A program made the translations under genes and the position numbers. Source: Camelus ferus (taxonomy: Eukaryota). From it: 64,000 nt of DNA. Under the pieces are notes generated by a model. It was not told the origin of the DNA. It did no database searches and saw only the letters and a list, made by a program, of their open reading frames with translations. Each line of letters starts with the position of its first letter. The first letter of the stretch is position 1. The DNA lies in assembly GCF_009834535.1 (NCBI RefSeq), contig NC_045697.1, positions 50,656,001 to 50,720,000 of the forward strand, given 5' to 3'. Positions 53,713-64,000 of this stretch are shown here, piece by piece.

Positions 53713-56700
53713 TATGCTCTCCAGTTTGGGTTACATAATCTTGTTTTCCTCTTCACATAACAAGGATTTTTAAGGTGATCTGCTATACAAAGAGTAGAAA
53801 GATAGTTTATTCTTTCTGTTAGGATGGTTGATCAAAATTTGTTTTTATTGTAGATAGCTGGATCTGTAATTTCATAGACGGATGCACTGAACTATTTGTC
53901 GTGCTACTGGAGGTGTGTGCTCTACAAACATAGAAATTCTGATAAATTCTATGTAGCATGATTCCAGTCAAGTAGGGGAAAAAGTATGAAAATTTACAAT
54001 TGTAAACCCTGCATTATTAAGTATATTCCTGAACTGGGAATATTTGTTTTGTCTAAAGTTGACGTGTACTGAAGCCTCTGCTCTTGACTTTGCACGTTAA
54101 TCCTTGAAAGAATTTCCCCCAGACTAACTTCTGGCTCTGCATATGTCCAATCTTCTTTCTCCCACACTTGCATCATTTTAGTATCGTGTACCTTAAGACC
54201 ATTCTGATTGTTGCATCAGGAAGCTGGGGGAGCAGGCACACTGGGCAGAAGGATACTCCTAGAAGCTAGTCTCACACCAGGATGGCTAGTAAACACAGAA
54301 TCATTCATAACACGACTGTGAATCTGTAAAATAAATATCACTAAGTCTAAACTAAATTTAGATATCCTCAACTCAGCTTCTCAACCAGACCTCAAAAGCA
54401 CAGCCACATCAATGTCGTCCAGCAGAAGAAGTATAAAGAGGGAAAGTGGGAGGGAGAAAAATAAGCAGTTCTAACCAATTTGGTTAAAATATGTAACTTC
54501 AGCAAATCTTATAAAAATGTATGACCCTTGCTAGGGCCCCTCCCAAGACCTTGAAAAATGACTACCTACTGAGGGTTTTGGAGCTCAAGCTAATTGGCTT
54601 CATGAAGCATTCCCCCTATGGCTGTGATGAAGTTCTCATCTATCTGAGTGGCATCATTGTCTAAAGCACGTAAAAATGTTAGTCCTTTTTTTTTTTTTAA
54701 TTGAAGTATTGTCACAATGTGTTAATTTCTGGTGTACAGCACAATGTCCCAGTCATGCATATATTTGTTTTCATATTCTTTTTCATTAAAGGTTATTGCA
54801 AGATACTGAGTAGTGTTTCCTATGCTATACAGAAGAAATTTGTTTTTATCTATTTTTTTATATAGTGGCTATCATTTGCAAATCTCAGACTCCCAAATTT
54901 TTCCTTATCTTTAGGTTAGGAACCTGTGACCCTAGTAACTGATAACTAGTGACCATTATAAGAGTATTCTGTTGTATGGTCAAAATGGTGAATATTTTTA
55001 CATAAAGCCCACGTTAGGGTAAGTTCAAAGAGAGTTTTCTTTCCTCAGTTTAGTATTTTGAATTAGTCATATAGATTTCTCACTGTCCTTCTGGATGTCT
55101 ACCCAAACTACTCTCACATTGACTACATTAAAATCTGTATGTTAAATTTTAATTTATCAAATTTGTAAACTAACTCTCATTTGGTTTCCTCTTTGGGTGC
55201 TCCTAAAGCAAAGTTATTGTGGGAGATTTTTTTCAAGGGCTGATTTATCATCAGGGTAACAATGCCCTATTACCCTTTTTCTCTGGAGGCACCTAGGATA
55301 CAAATATTTGGAGAAAGGGATTTTAAAGGGAGATTCTGAAGTCCTTGGGAAATTCCACAATTGTTCTTCATAGCCACGTCAACAAATGACATGGCCAGGG
55401 TCCGTGACTCATGTGTTAGGCATGCTAAAGTTGGAATAGAGTCAACAGAAGGAAGCTGGCCTCAGACACAGAGACTCTTGGCTGCTGAGCCAGAATAACT
55501 ATGAAAGATTTATTCCTTCCAGCAGATTCTTCTTAAGTGTTCACACGTGTGAAGTACTTGAGATACAAATTCAGCTCCTATTGTTAAGGAGAAAGAAACC
55601 AAGAAGTGACTGGAAGGGGTCCAGTGGGCCGTAGGAAGGCTCACAGCCAGAAGAGGGCAAACCTTGAGATCTTAACTCCTATGGTGAGGGGGAGGTTGGA
55701 AGAAGGAACTTATAGGAAGTGCAAGCAGGGGTGCTACCTGGGTTGAATTGTAAAGGTTGCATAGGTTTTGTCATGCCAAAAAGGGGAAAGGTATTCCAGA
55801 CAGAGGGACTAGTATGAACAAAGATTCAGAGGTACCAGAATTTGAAAGACTGAAGCTAAGGATGGGAGGAGAGACAGATCTAGAGAAGAGTCTGGAGAAT
55901 TCAGAAGAGTCCAAGCAGAGAAAACTTATCAGGGCAAGAATGTAAAGTATCCTGGACACCATGGCAAGGGGGTAAACACTGAAGATTAAAGCTGGGAAAA
56001 GACATGGTTACATTCCTATTTTAGGAAGTTCACTTAGCAGAAGTGAGTGAATGGTGGAAGGGGAGAGCTTGAGGGTAGATCATTTAGGAGATTCCTATGG
56101 TTGATCTGGGGGAGAGAAAGAGGGTTCAGTCTAGTGCAGTGAAACTAGGAAGGGAGTAGAAATTCACTAAGAAACTTCTAAAAAATTTTTAAAAGACTAG
56201 GTCAAGTAACATGTTGAAATGCTTCACAAATGCAAGTAGAAGTAGAAGTAGAAATACTGGCCAGACAATTGTGACATAGAAGCACCGACTGATGTTAAAA
56301 TATGCTGACGACAAAACAGAAGGCGAAATAGCCAAGACGTAAACATGACACACAAGATATATACAGATATATATACATACCAAAACCTTAATAGCCATAA
56401 TCCCTGGAGAGTGAGATGACGATTTTTCTTTTCTTTTTTATATTTTTATGTCCTCAAAAATGAATCACTTTGTAATACAGAACTATGACAGAAGTTAAGA
56501 AGAAAAGAACGATGAAAGGAAGTGGAAAAGAGAGGGCAAAAAGATAGAAGGAAGAAAGGAGACAGATTTCGGAGCTGTGTAGGGGACACACTCTGTGATG
56601 TGTGGGAAGTGAAAGTGGCTCCATAAACAGAGAAGGAGTCATGATTCCTACAGAGGCCTCTTTAACTTAACTTATTCTAGAAATTTCTACAAAGCAAGCA

Positions 56701-57459
56701 TTGCAGGCTCTGGGATTCAGGTTGGCAGGTGGGGGAGTAAACGTGAGGTTGGAACCAAGGTAGGAGAGCACGTAGTTGTGCTCCCCTGACTGTCCATTGG
56801 TTTAGCCATGCCTGCCGAGGTGACTGGAGGGGAATGTGTGTTGTAGGAAAGCAGCAGACTCTGAGTCTGGTTTCCTGAATAGAGGCTGCCTTGCTGAAAT
56901 CGGATCCCTGACAGGCTTCCAGCTCTGCCCAGTCCCTGTACAGCCCTAGGCTCTTCTTCTCTGACTCAGAATTTGATGCCGTGGTTGCTCGTATGTGTTA
57001 AGAATTTGAACATGTTGGAACAGAAAATTGCGATAAATACTCGGCCATTAATTGCCTTGGCAACTGCTTTTTCTTTTCTGAACTCTTGGAAAATGAACCA
57101 TAATACTCATAATTACATTAATAACAATAGTGACGATGATTTTTTAAAATGGATGATATAATATATTTGCCAAAAGGTCTAGGGGTAATATCAATAACTC
57201 CATTGAATGTTCAAAGATTCAAATTTAGGGGTAATGTTACTATTGTTTGTGTATATGGAAATAGGGATATATTCTTACATGATGCACTGAGAAGTACAAA
57301 ACATCACCCTGGGATGTTGCTGCCCAAAATGAATCTAACCATGAAGAATTATCAGACAAATCCAAACTGAGGAAATTCTGTTTCAGAATAAAGAAGACTA
57401 AAGATATTTGACAACTAAATGCAATGTGCAATCCTAGATTTGGATTCTGGAATACTTAC

Positions 57460-57558
57460 CTCTCTCTCTCTCTGTCTCTATCCATTAGTCCATTCATCAT
57501 TCATCTATCCATCCATCCATCATCCATCCATCCATCCATCTATCTCTCTATCCATCTA
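57460..57558 (+). repeat. (TC)n/(TCCA)n simple repeat
   Basis: Directly visible. Confidence 0.9.
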
Positions 57559-57835
57559 TGTAAAGAATATCATTGGGACAATGTCATAAAGTGAATAAAG
57601 TTTGTAATTAAATAATAGTATTGTGTGACTGTTCATGTCCTAGTTTTGATAATTGTAACTGGTTGTGGGATAGTTTTCTTGTTCTTAGGAAACACTGGGA
57701 AATCTGAGAGAGGAGTATTCTGGAATTCTCTATACTATTCTTGCAACTTTTCTATAAGTTCAAAGTTATTTCAAAAGAAAAATATTATAAAAATTAGGAA
57801 TATAAATACAAATAATCAAATTGAGAGATGTGTAC

Positions 57836-59067
57836 TGTTATGGGCTGAATATCTGTGTCCCCCCAAAAGTCATACACTGAAACCTAATCCCCTGTGTGAC
57901 GATATTTGGAGGTGGGGCCTTTGGGAGTTTTCATAAATTAGATTACAGACACCTTGTCTGGAATGAAACTCACATTACAGATATGGAGCTTCCATTCCAG
58001 ACAACCCCAATGGAGTGAATATCTCAATGAAGTAAGTCACATGATTTTTTTGGCTTCCTAGCATATGTAAAAATTATTTTCACTCTATACTGTAGTATAC
58101 ATGTGCAACAGCATTATGTCTAAAAAAAAAACCGATGTAGAACACATTGTTGTGGCTGGTTGATCATCTACCTAGACCACTAAAACTTTTTCCATATCAG
58201 CAATAAAGCTATTGTGCTTTCTTATCACGTGTTCACCAGAGGAGCACTTTCAATTTCCTTCAAGAACATTTCCTTTGCATTCATAACTTGGCAAGTGTTT
58301 GGCACAAGAAGCCAAGCTTTCAGCCTATCTTGGCTTTCAATGTCTTCTTCGTCAAGCTTAATCATTTCCTGTTTTTGATTTAGAGTGAGAGATGTGCGAC
58401 TCTTCCTTTCACTTGAACACTTAGAGGTTATTGCAAGATTATTAATTGGCCTAATTTCAACGTTGTTATGTCTCAGGGAATAGGGAGGCCTCAGGAGAGG
58501 ACGAGTGATGGAGGAAGCCATCACAACACACGCATTTCTTGATTAAGCTTGACATCTTACATGGGCATGGTTCTTGGTACCCTAAAACACTTACAATAGT
58601 CACATCAAAGATCACTGATCACAGATCACCATAACAAACATAACAATAATGAAAAAGTTTGAAATATTGCCAGAATTAACAAAATATGACACAGAGACGA
58701 GAAGTGAGCAGATGCTGCTGGAAAAATGGCACCAATAGACTTGCTCCGCGCAGGGCTGCCACAAAACTTCAATTTGTAAGAAATGCAATATCTGCTAAAT
58801 GCAATGAATCGAAGCATAATAAAAGAAAGTATGCCTGTACAGCTCTTATAAAAGAGACCCCGAGAGCTCTCCTACCCCTTCAGCCAAATGAGGACAAAGT
58901 GAGAAGAAGGCCATCTCTAACCAGGAAGCGGGGTCTCGCAGACACCCAATCTGCTGGCATCTTGGTCTTAAACTTCGCAGCCTCCAGAACTTTGAGAAAT
59001 GGTGTTTGCTGGTTAAGCCACCCAGTCTGTGGTGCTTTTGTTACAGCAACCCTAACAGAATAAGACA
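57836..59067 (+). mobile_element. MaLR LTR (MLT1A-type) split by a Tigger1 insertion
   Basis: 5' half tgttatgggctgaat... at 57836-57945; 3' half ...ctgctggcatcttggtcttaaacttcgcagcctccagaac...taagaca at 58840-59067. Confidence 0.8.
57946..58837 (-). mobile_element. Internally deleted Tigger1 DNA transposon
   Basis: TA-flanked, with terminal gtatgcctg|ta at 58837. ORF 58225-58524 contains SKCSSERKSRTSLTLNQKQEMIKL, the Tigger1 transposase N-terminal CENP-B-type HTH region. Confidence 0.88.
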
Positions 59068-59184
59068 TGTATGTTAAACAGAACTGTTCTTATACCAAAT
59101 CAATTCAACTTAGAGCATGCTGAAAATTGAAGTAGTAGTGTTTGTTTCCCTCAGGGTTAGTTTCAAAGTGCAGGGGGACACACT

Positions 59185-59260
59185 GGATTTTGTGTCATTT
59201 CCAGTAACAGTGCAAGGATGAGGGCCCGCAAACCTTTAGTGTTGCAATAATATAAAATGC
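59185..59260 (+). promoter_or_regulatory. Relic IL-8-type promoter of the pseudogene: TATAAAA 59251-59257, C/EBP-like GTTGCAAT, decayed NF-kB site (gtcatttcc)
   Basis: TATA about 100 nt upstream of the lost start codon. The gatgaggg block and spacing resemble the recalled IL8 promoter. Confidence 0.6.
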
Positions 59261-59357
59261 CTCAGGAGAACTCCAGCCAACACAAGTCCCCAGAGACGGC
59301 CAACCACACCAGTGTCTGAGGCTGCAGGAAACTGGAAAGAAAGGGCCCAGAGTAAAC

Positions 59358-61192
59358 ACGACTTCCAAGCCCACCATTGCTCTGTTGCTTTCTTGGCAGT
59401 TTCAGGCTTCCTGTAGCACCGTGTGAAGGTAGGCACATCCATCCGGTCACTAGAGTTTTCTTTTGTCTAATTTTGATCCTCAAAGCAAGGCTATTCAAAA
59501 TGCTTTAAGAACAAACATTGATTTTTATCTGAGCAAAACATCTGTTTGGATTCATTTAATGTTGATAGTGATGTAAAATGACTTCCACAGATCCTAGACA
59601 CTTTGACCTTTGTGGGGTTTTCCCATGATAATGATATAAATATTAAAAAATGCTTTTTGATATAACTTTACTATTTTTTACATTTTTGGGGGGGAGGTAA
59701 TTAGGTTTATTTTATTTTATTAATGAAGGTACTGAGCATTGAACCCAGGACCTTCTGCATGCTAGGCATGCACTCTACCACTGAGCTATACCCTCCCCCC
59801 GATATAACTTTAAATACTTCAACTTTTTATTTTTTTGATTTAGGCAAATTTTGTAGATTTTTGGGGACTTTCCAAATTTCATCTATTTTTCTATTGTGTG
59901 AAGAAAAAAACACTTTCTTTGACTCTAAAGCCTTATTTTTTTCTTTTGATTTTAAAGTAAATTGAAGCATTTTCACAAGCCCCTAATATTGTTGTGGGCC
60001 ATCTCACATCTTTGTGAAACAGTCATATGTTTCTAGTAATTCTTTCTGAAGGTGATTTCTTTGTTAATGACCTCCTATAAATACCATTATGGTGTCTCAG
60101 AGAATTCTACAAAATCAAGTCTACAAAAAAAGTGCCATTCTACAAAAAAGTGCCATATGGAGTTTCAATATTAATTTAAAAAATACAAATATTATATATA
60201 TTCATGTAAAAAGTTATTCAAAATAGTCAGTGAAAGTCATTTAAAAGAAAGGAAATTGATGCCAAAGTTTGGCCAAAAATTAGCCTTTTACTTGAGGGAA
60301 TCTATTCCTTAAAATTAAGACATTTTCCACGGTCCTTAAAATCATCGTATTAGAGTTTAAGGAGTCTCTAGCAAGCTGTGCCCTTTAATGAAACCAGTCT
60401 CTATTCCATTATGTTTCACTGCTTCCATCACGCCAAGCCTGAGTGCAGAGCTTCAGTGCTAGTGCGTGAGGGCATGTTCCACTCCCTCGTATCCCAAATG
60501 CATCAAAGAATGAAGTATGACTCAGAATAGATCCCACTGTAATAGCTGAGAAATCACATCAATGCTTTTAAAAGTGCTGAGTAATTTTGCATCTGCGAAC
60601 GTAGAATGTCTAGGTACTGAGTGTTCAGATGTAAAAAAAAAAAAAAAACCAGCAAGAAAAATCTGTCTTTGTGAAACTTAACACGGTACAGAAGTCAAGT
60701 TAGTTTTAGTTGTAGCCCTTATTTCTGAATCCTAGATCAGTGGTCTCATTTATTTGACGTAAGCAAACTCCAAAACACATTCTAGGGAGCTGGTTAACCT
60801 CCATCCTGTAGAGTTAAAGTAATTAGAGAAGCAGGAGAGAGTTTTTGAAATAATAATTAAATTTGAATTGAGAATTAGTGTGATTGAAGTGACTAGGTGC
60901 CTGGGAATTCCTTTACTGTGACTGCTCGGTCCACTGGCCTTTAGCAATGTAAGTGAGGTGCTGTGGCTACCAGAAAATTGTGAGGAAATCCTGTTGGAGT
61001 CATTTCAGTTCACCACTGAACCCAAAAGTCCATGATTTCAATGGCAAAGGAATATCTAAAACCAGATAAATAATTCATCTCAAAAATCTTTCTTCTTTTT
61101 TTTTTTTAGTGTGAAGCTCACCCAAGAAGATCCCTCTGCCTGGACCTGCAGCAAAAGTGTGTGCTGACAATGGTACAGATGCTTTTGAGGAG
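59358..61192 (+). pseudogene. Unprocessed CXCL8 (IL-8)-like paralogue pseudogene; exons 59358-59428, 60422-60557, 61110-61192
   Basis: Exon 1: gtaaac-ACG-ACT-TCC-AAG (T-S-K after a lost ATG) ... TGT GAA G|gtaggc. Exon 2 (136 nt): SITPSLSAELQC*CVRACSTPSYPKCIKE*SMTQNRSHCNS*EI, with three in-frame stops and both splice sites mutated. Exon 3 (83 nt): VKLTQED-LCLDLQQKCVLTMVQMLLRR, with ag| and |gtgagt intact and a 1-nt deletion. All four chemokine cysteines are present with IL-8-like spacing. Confidence 0.9.
59671..59800 (-). mobile_element. tRNA-derived camelid-type SINE in intron 1 of the CXCL8-like pseudogene
   Basis: Perfect 12-bp target-site duplication gatataacttta at 59659-59670 and 59801-59812. 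Confidence 0.85.
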
Positions 61193-63506
61193 GTGAGTTG
61201 ATTTTTCTCAGCTAAAAGTCTTCATTTATTGTGGAACTCCTAAGGAAAATTCAGAGAACTCATATCCTCAGTTACATGATAGTATCTCACTAACTCCCCT
61301 TGCCTTTTTTTTTTTTTTTTTTTTTGCTGCTGCTTGAAAGGTTTCTTTCATGTATTTGCCTCTTCAAAGATAGAAGAAAAAAAAAATTGAAATAGCAACT
61401 TGCCCTTTTTAATAACTGAAAAGGTAGAGCAAAACAGTAAACCTAACAATGTGTTAATTTCTCCAAAAAAGCGCAATAAAAAACTTTGTTTTTTAGTTCA
61501 TTGTTCTTAATAGCTTATAGGGATGAGAAAAATAAATGATAAAAAAAATTAAAGGATGATTCTTCCACAGTTTCCAAAAATATCTCAATGAATATGCTAA
61601 CAAAACTTCAAGTAAATAAAATCAGAGCTCTAGCCAATGCTGTTGGAACACCCCCCTCCCCCCAAAACTGCCCTTTTCTCACAACTTCAGGGTTCACTGT
61701 GTCCAGTCTTTGAAGGCTTTCTCTGGCCACTGGAGTCCACTATACCAGCAGAGCCAAAGGATGGAAAAACTGGGAAATTATTGCCCCTGGAAGCAGCCTT
61801 TAATTATTGACTCACCAGAGTAGTGTATAAATAGCCAAACTCCTCTCCCCTCAGGTGGGATAACTCTAAAGTACAGAACGGTAGCTGACACTTTATTGAT
61901 TGCTTTCTCTTTCCTTCACTATCATTTCCCCCTCCCTCTCATGTTTCCTGGGATCACTTCCAAAATTAATTACTTGAATCCATATCTAAGTGACAGCTTT
62001 TAGGGACAACCAAACTAAGACAATAGCTTTGACTGCTCTGTGGGGCTGGAAATCAACTGTTGAGTTTAGTTTCTCCTGAATTTCTAAAGTGGGGTAAAAA
62101 TGTCCACTTTGTATCACACAGAAGAATTGTGAGAACATGTAGAAATTAATGAAATGTTACTGTAGACAAATTACAAAGAAAAAATATTAAGAGGATAATA
62201 TAAGGGTTTACTAGACATTTCTATTTATTTTAGACTCTTAATGGTGTTCTGCCACTGCTCTCATCTCATCTCTTTCTGCCATCTCATCTCTCATCTCTTT
62301 GCTGGGACCTTGCCTTTTAGTTTTACTCAGTTATAGCTTGAACCACGTGACTTTTGTGCTAGAGCAATACCTCTATAATAGTTTCATTATATTTGAAAAA
62401 CAAAATAGGAAGAATTCACTTGACAAGGTGTTCTGTGTCATTGTTGGTCAACATTATTTATTATGTACCATAGGCTGTCATTATTTTATTTAAATGCCTT
62501 TTGTCAACACCAAGTTTTATTTATTCAACTTTAAAAAAGATGTTTATTCCTATTTTCCCAGACAGATTCTTTTTCTTCTACAATTTTGGTAGTTTGGAAA
62601 AATATGTCTTTGCTCTGTTCTCTCTAATTCCTTCTTCCCTTTCTTCCTCTCTCCCTTCTTTTCTTTATTTCCTTCCTTCCTTCTTACCTCGCTCCCTTCC
62701 TGTAAATACAAACTTTTCTAGAAAGCTTTTTATTTCATCAATCACATTTTGACTTAGAAAATTTAAAATCTTCCACAGAAACTTTTATACCTTTTTTTTC
62801 CAAAATACAGAACTAATTCCAGAGAGAACTTATATACTTGAATCTCTTAGTCTGGGAATTTTCTCTCAAGTTCTCATAGTGAGGCATTAGGAAAAGCACC
62901 TCACATTTCAGATACTTGTTCCAAGGCTGACTTCAGACTATCCATCAACCAGTGGCTGTGCTTAGCAAGGCTAGCCCTCCTAGGCTCTCAGCAGGAGCAG
63001 GGAGGACATACATTTGACGAGGAGCTTATCAGTCAGATAAGAAAATAAAATTTTCACATTTGAAGCAAAGAAAATCCTCTGACTATATCCTCTGAAGGTA
63101 AATTTACCAGCTTTTATTGTGTATCTAATTTGTGCCATATTGTTTACATCTTATTAACTGTTCACAATAATGTCATGAAGTGGATGGAATCCCCATTTTA
63201 TCAGTGAGGAAATTGAAGCTCCAGGAGGTTTAATAAGTTGTTAGAGTTGATCTGAGTGGTACAGAGTAGCAGAGCCAGGCAGATGCTCAAGTGAAAGGTA
63301 ATCTGGTTGAATCTCATCAGGATGTCACTTCCAGCGACTGTGTTCTGTGATCCCACTACCTTCAGGACACCCAGATTAAATTATGTTGTAAAGATCATAA
63401 GGCATGATATAGATACGATAAGGTTTGGACTAGCCAAGGTATTGACTATGTTAGAAGTTCTGATGTTTGTGGATTCCTAGCACCTGAAGAATTTGTTTTC
63501 CCCTTT

Positions 63507-63545
63507 GCTGCTCCCTGCTGCTCCCTGCTGCTCCCTGCTGCTCTC
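63507..63545 (+). repeat. 10-bp tandem repeat (TGCTGCTCCC) x ~3.5
   Basis: Directly visible. Confidence 0.88.
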
Positions 63546-64000
63546 TGTTCAAGACAGCTTCCTGAGACTGCATCTTCAGTTACCCGGGGTTTAAAGATAT
63601 GACCATGTGATTACTTCCACTGATAGCGTCAAACAGATGACTTCTTTTTCCTTAGACGTGATTTCTCTTCATTCTGACTCCACAGGCCATCCAAAACTAA
63701 CCATGCTGTCCAGCTGGGGCAGATTATTAGCCTCAGGAGAGGGTCTTGCCATTATCCACTTTCTCACAGATAAGAGGCTGGCCTGATAAAGTGAGTCGGC
63801 TGGTAGACAGTAGGAGCAGAATCTGTATCAGTAACCATCTTCAGAAGCCAAAATGCTTTTCTTCACGAATGCTTTACATTTCCTAAAGAGAAATGAATTT
63901 TTTCAAGGGTTATGAGAGTAGATCGTGTCACACTATAAGGAAATACTATATCGTAAGGACACAAGATTATGGGCTTGAAACGAATCTACAGACTTCTGTT

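Noticed and set aside
61193..62400. Exon 4 and 3'UTR of the CXCL8-like pseudogene
   Set aside because: Several acceptor-like sites exist, but none gives a recognisable IL-8 C-terminus, so the exon is left uncalled.
63500..63545. Short direct repeats as a CRISPR-like or other array
   Set aside because: Simple 10-bp tandem repeat without spacers in mammalian DNA.

Overview
Mammalian genomic DNA, most likely camelid, judging from four copies of a tRNA-derived Vic-1-type SINE. The window covers the distal part of the ELR+ CXC chemokine cluster. From left to right it holds: (1) intron 1, coding exon 1 and the CpG-island promoter of MTHFD2L (minus strand); (2) two tandem four-exon GRO-family (CXCL1/2/3) genes on the minus strand. 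GRO-A (CDS 22457->21159) is intact and encodes 104 aa; GRO-B (32659->31557) has a 1-nt frameshifting insertion in exon 1 as assembled. (3) A probable degenerate last-exon remnant of CXCL15/lungkine (~50220-50600, minus); (4) a decayed, unprocessed CXCL8/IL-8 paralogue on the plus strand (~59190-61200) with recognisable promoter and exons 1-3. Neither pseudogene is represented as such in the ORF track. The rest is intergenic DNA rich in L1, MaLR/ERV LTRs, Tigger elements, SINEs and microsatellites. Most ORFs in the supplied track are spurious (GC-rich CpG-island frames or repeat-derived). Comparisons with known proteins and repeat consensuses are from memory, not from searches. I see no evidence of a wholly new biological system; the most interesting signals concern chemokine gene birth, death and conversion.
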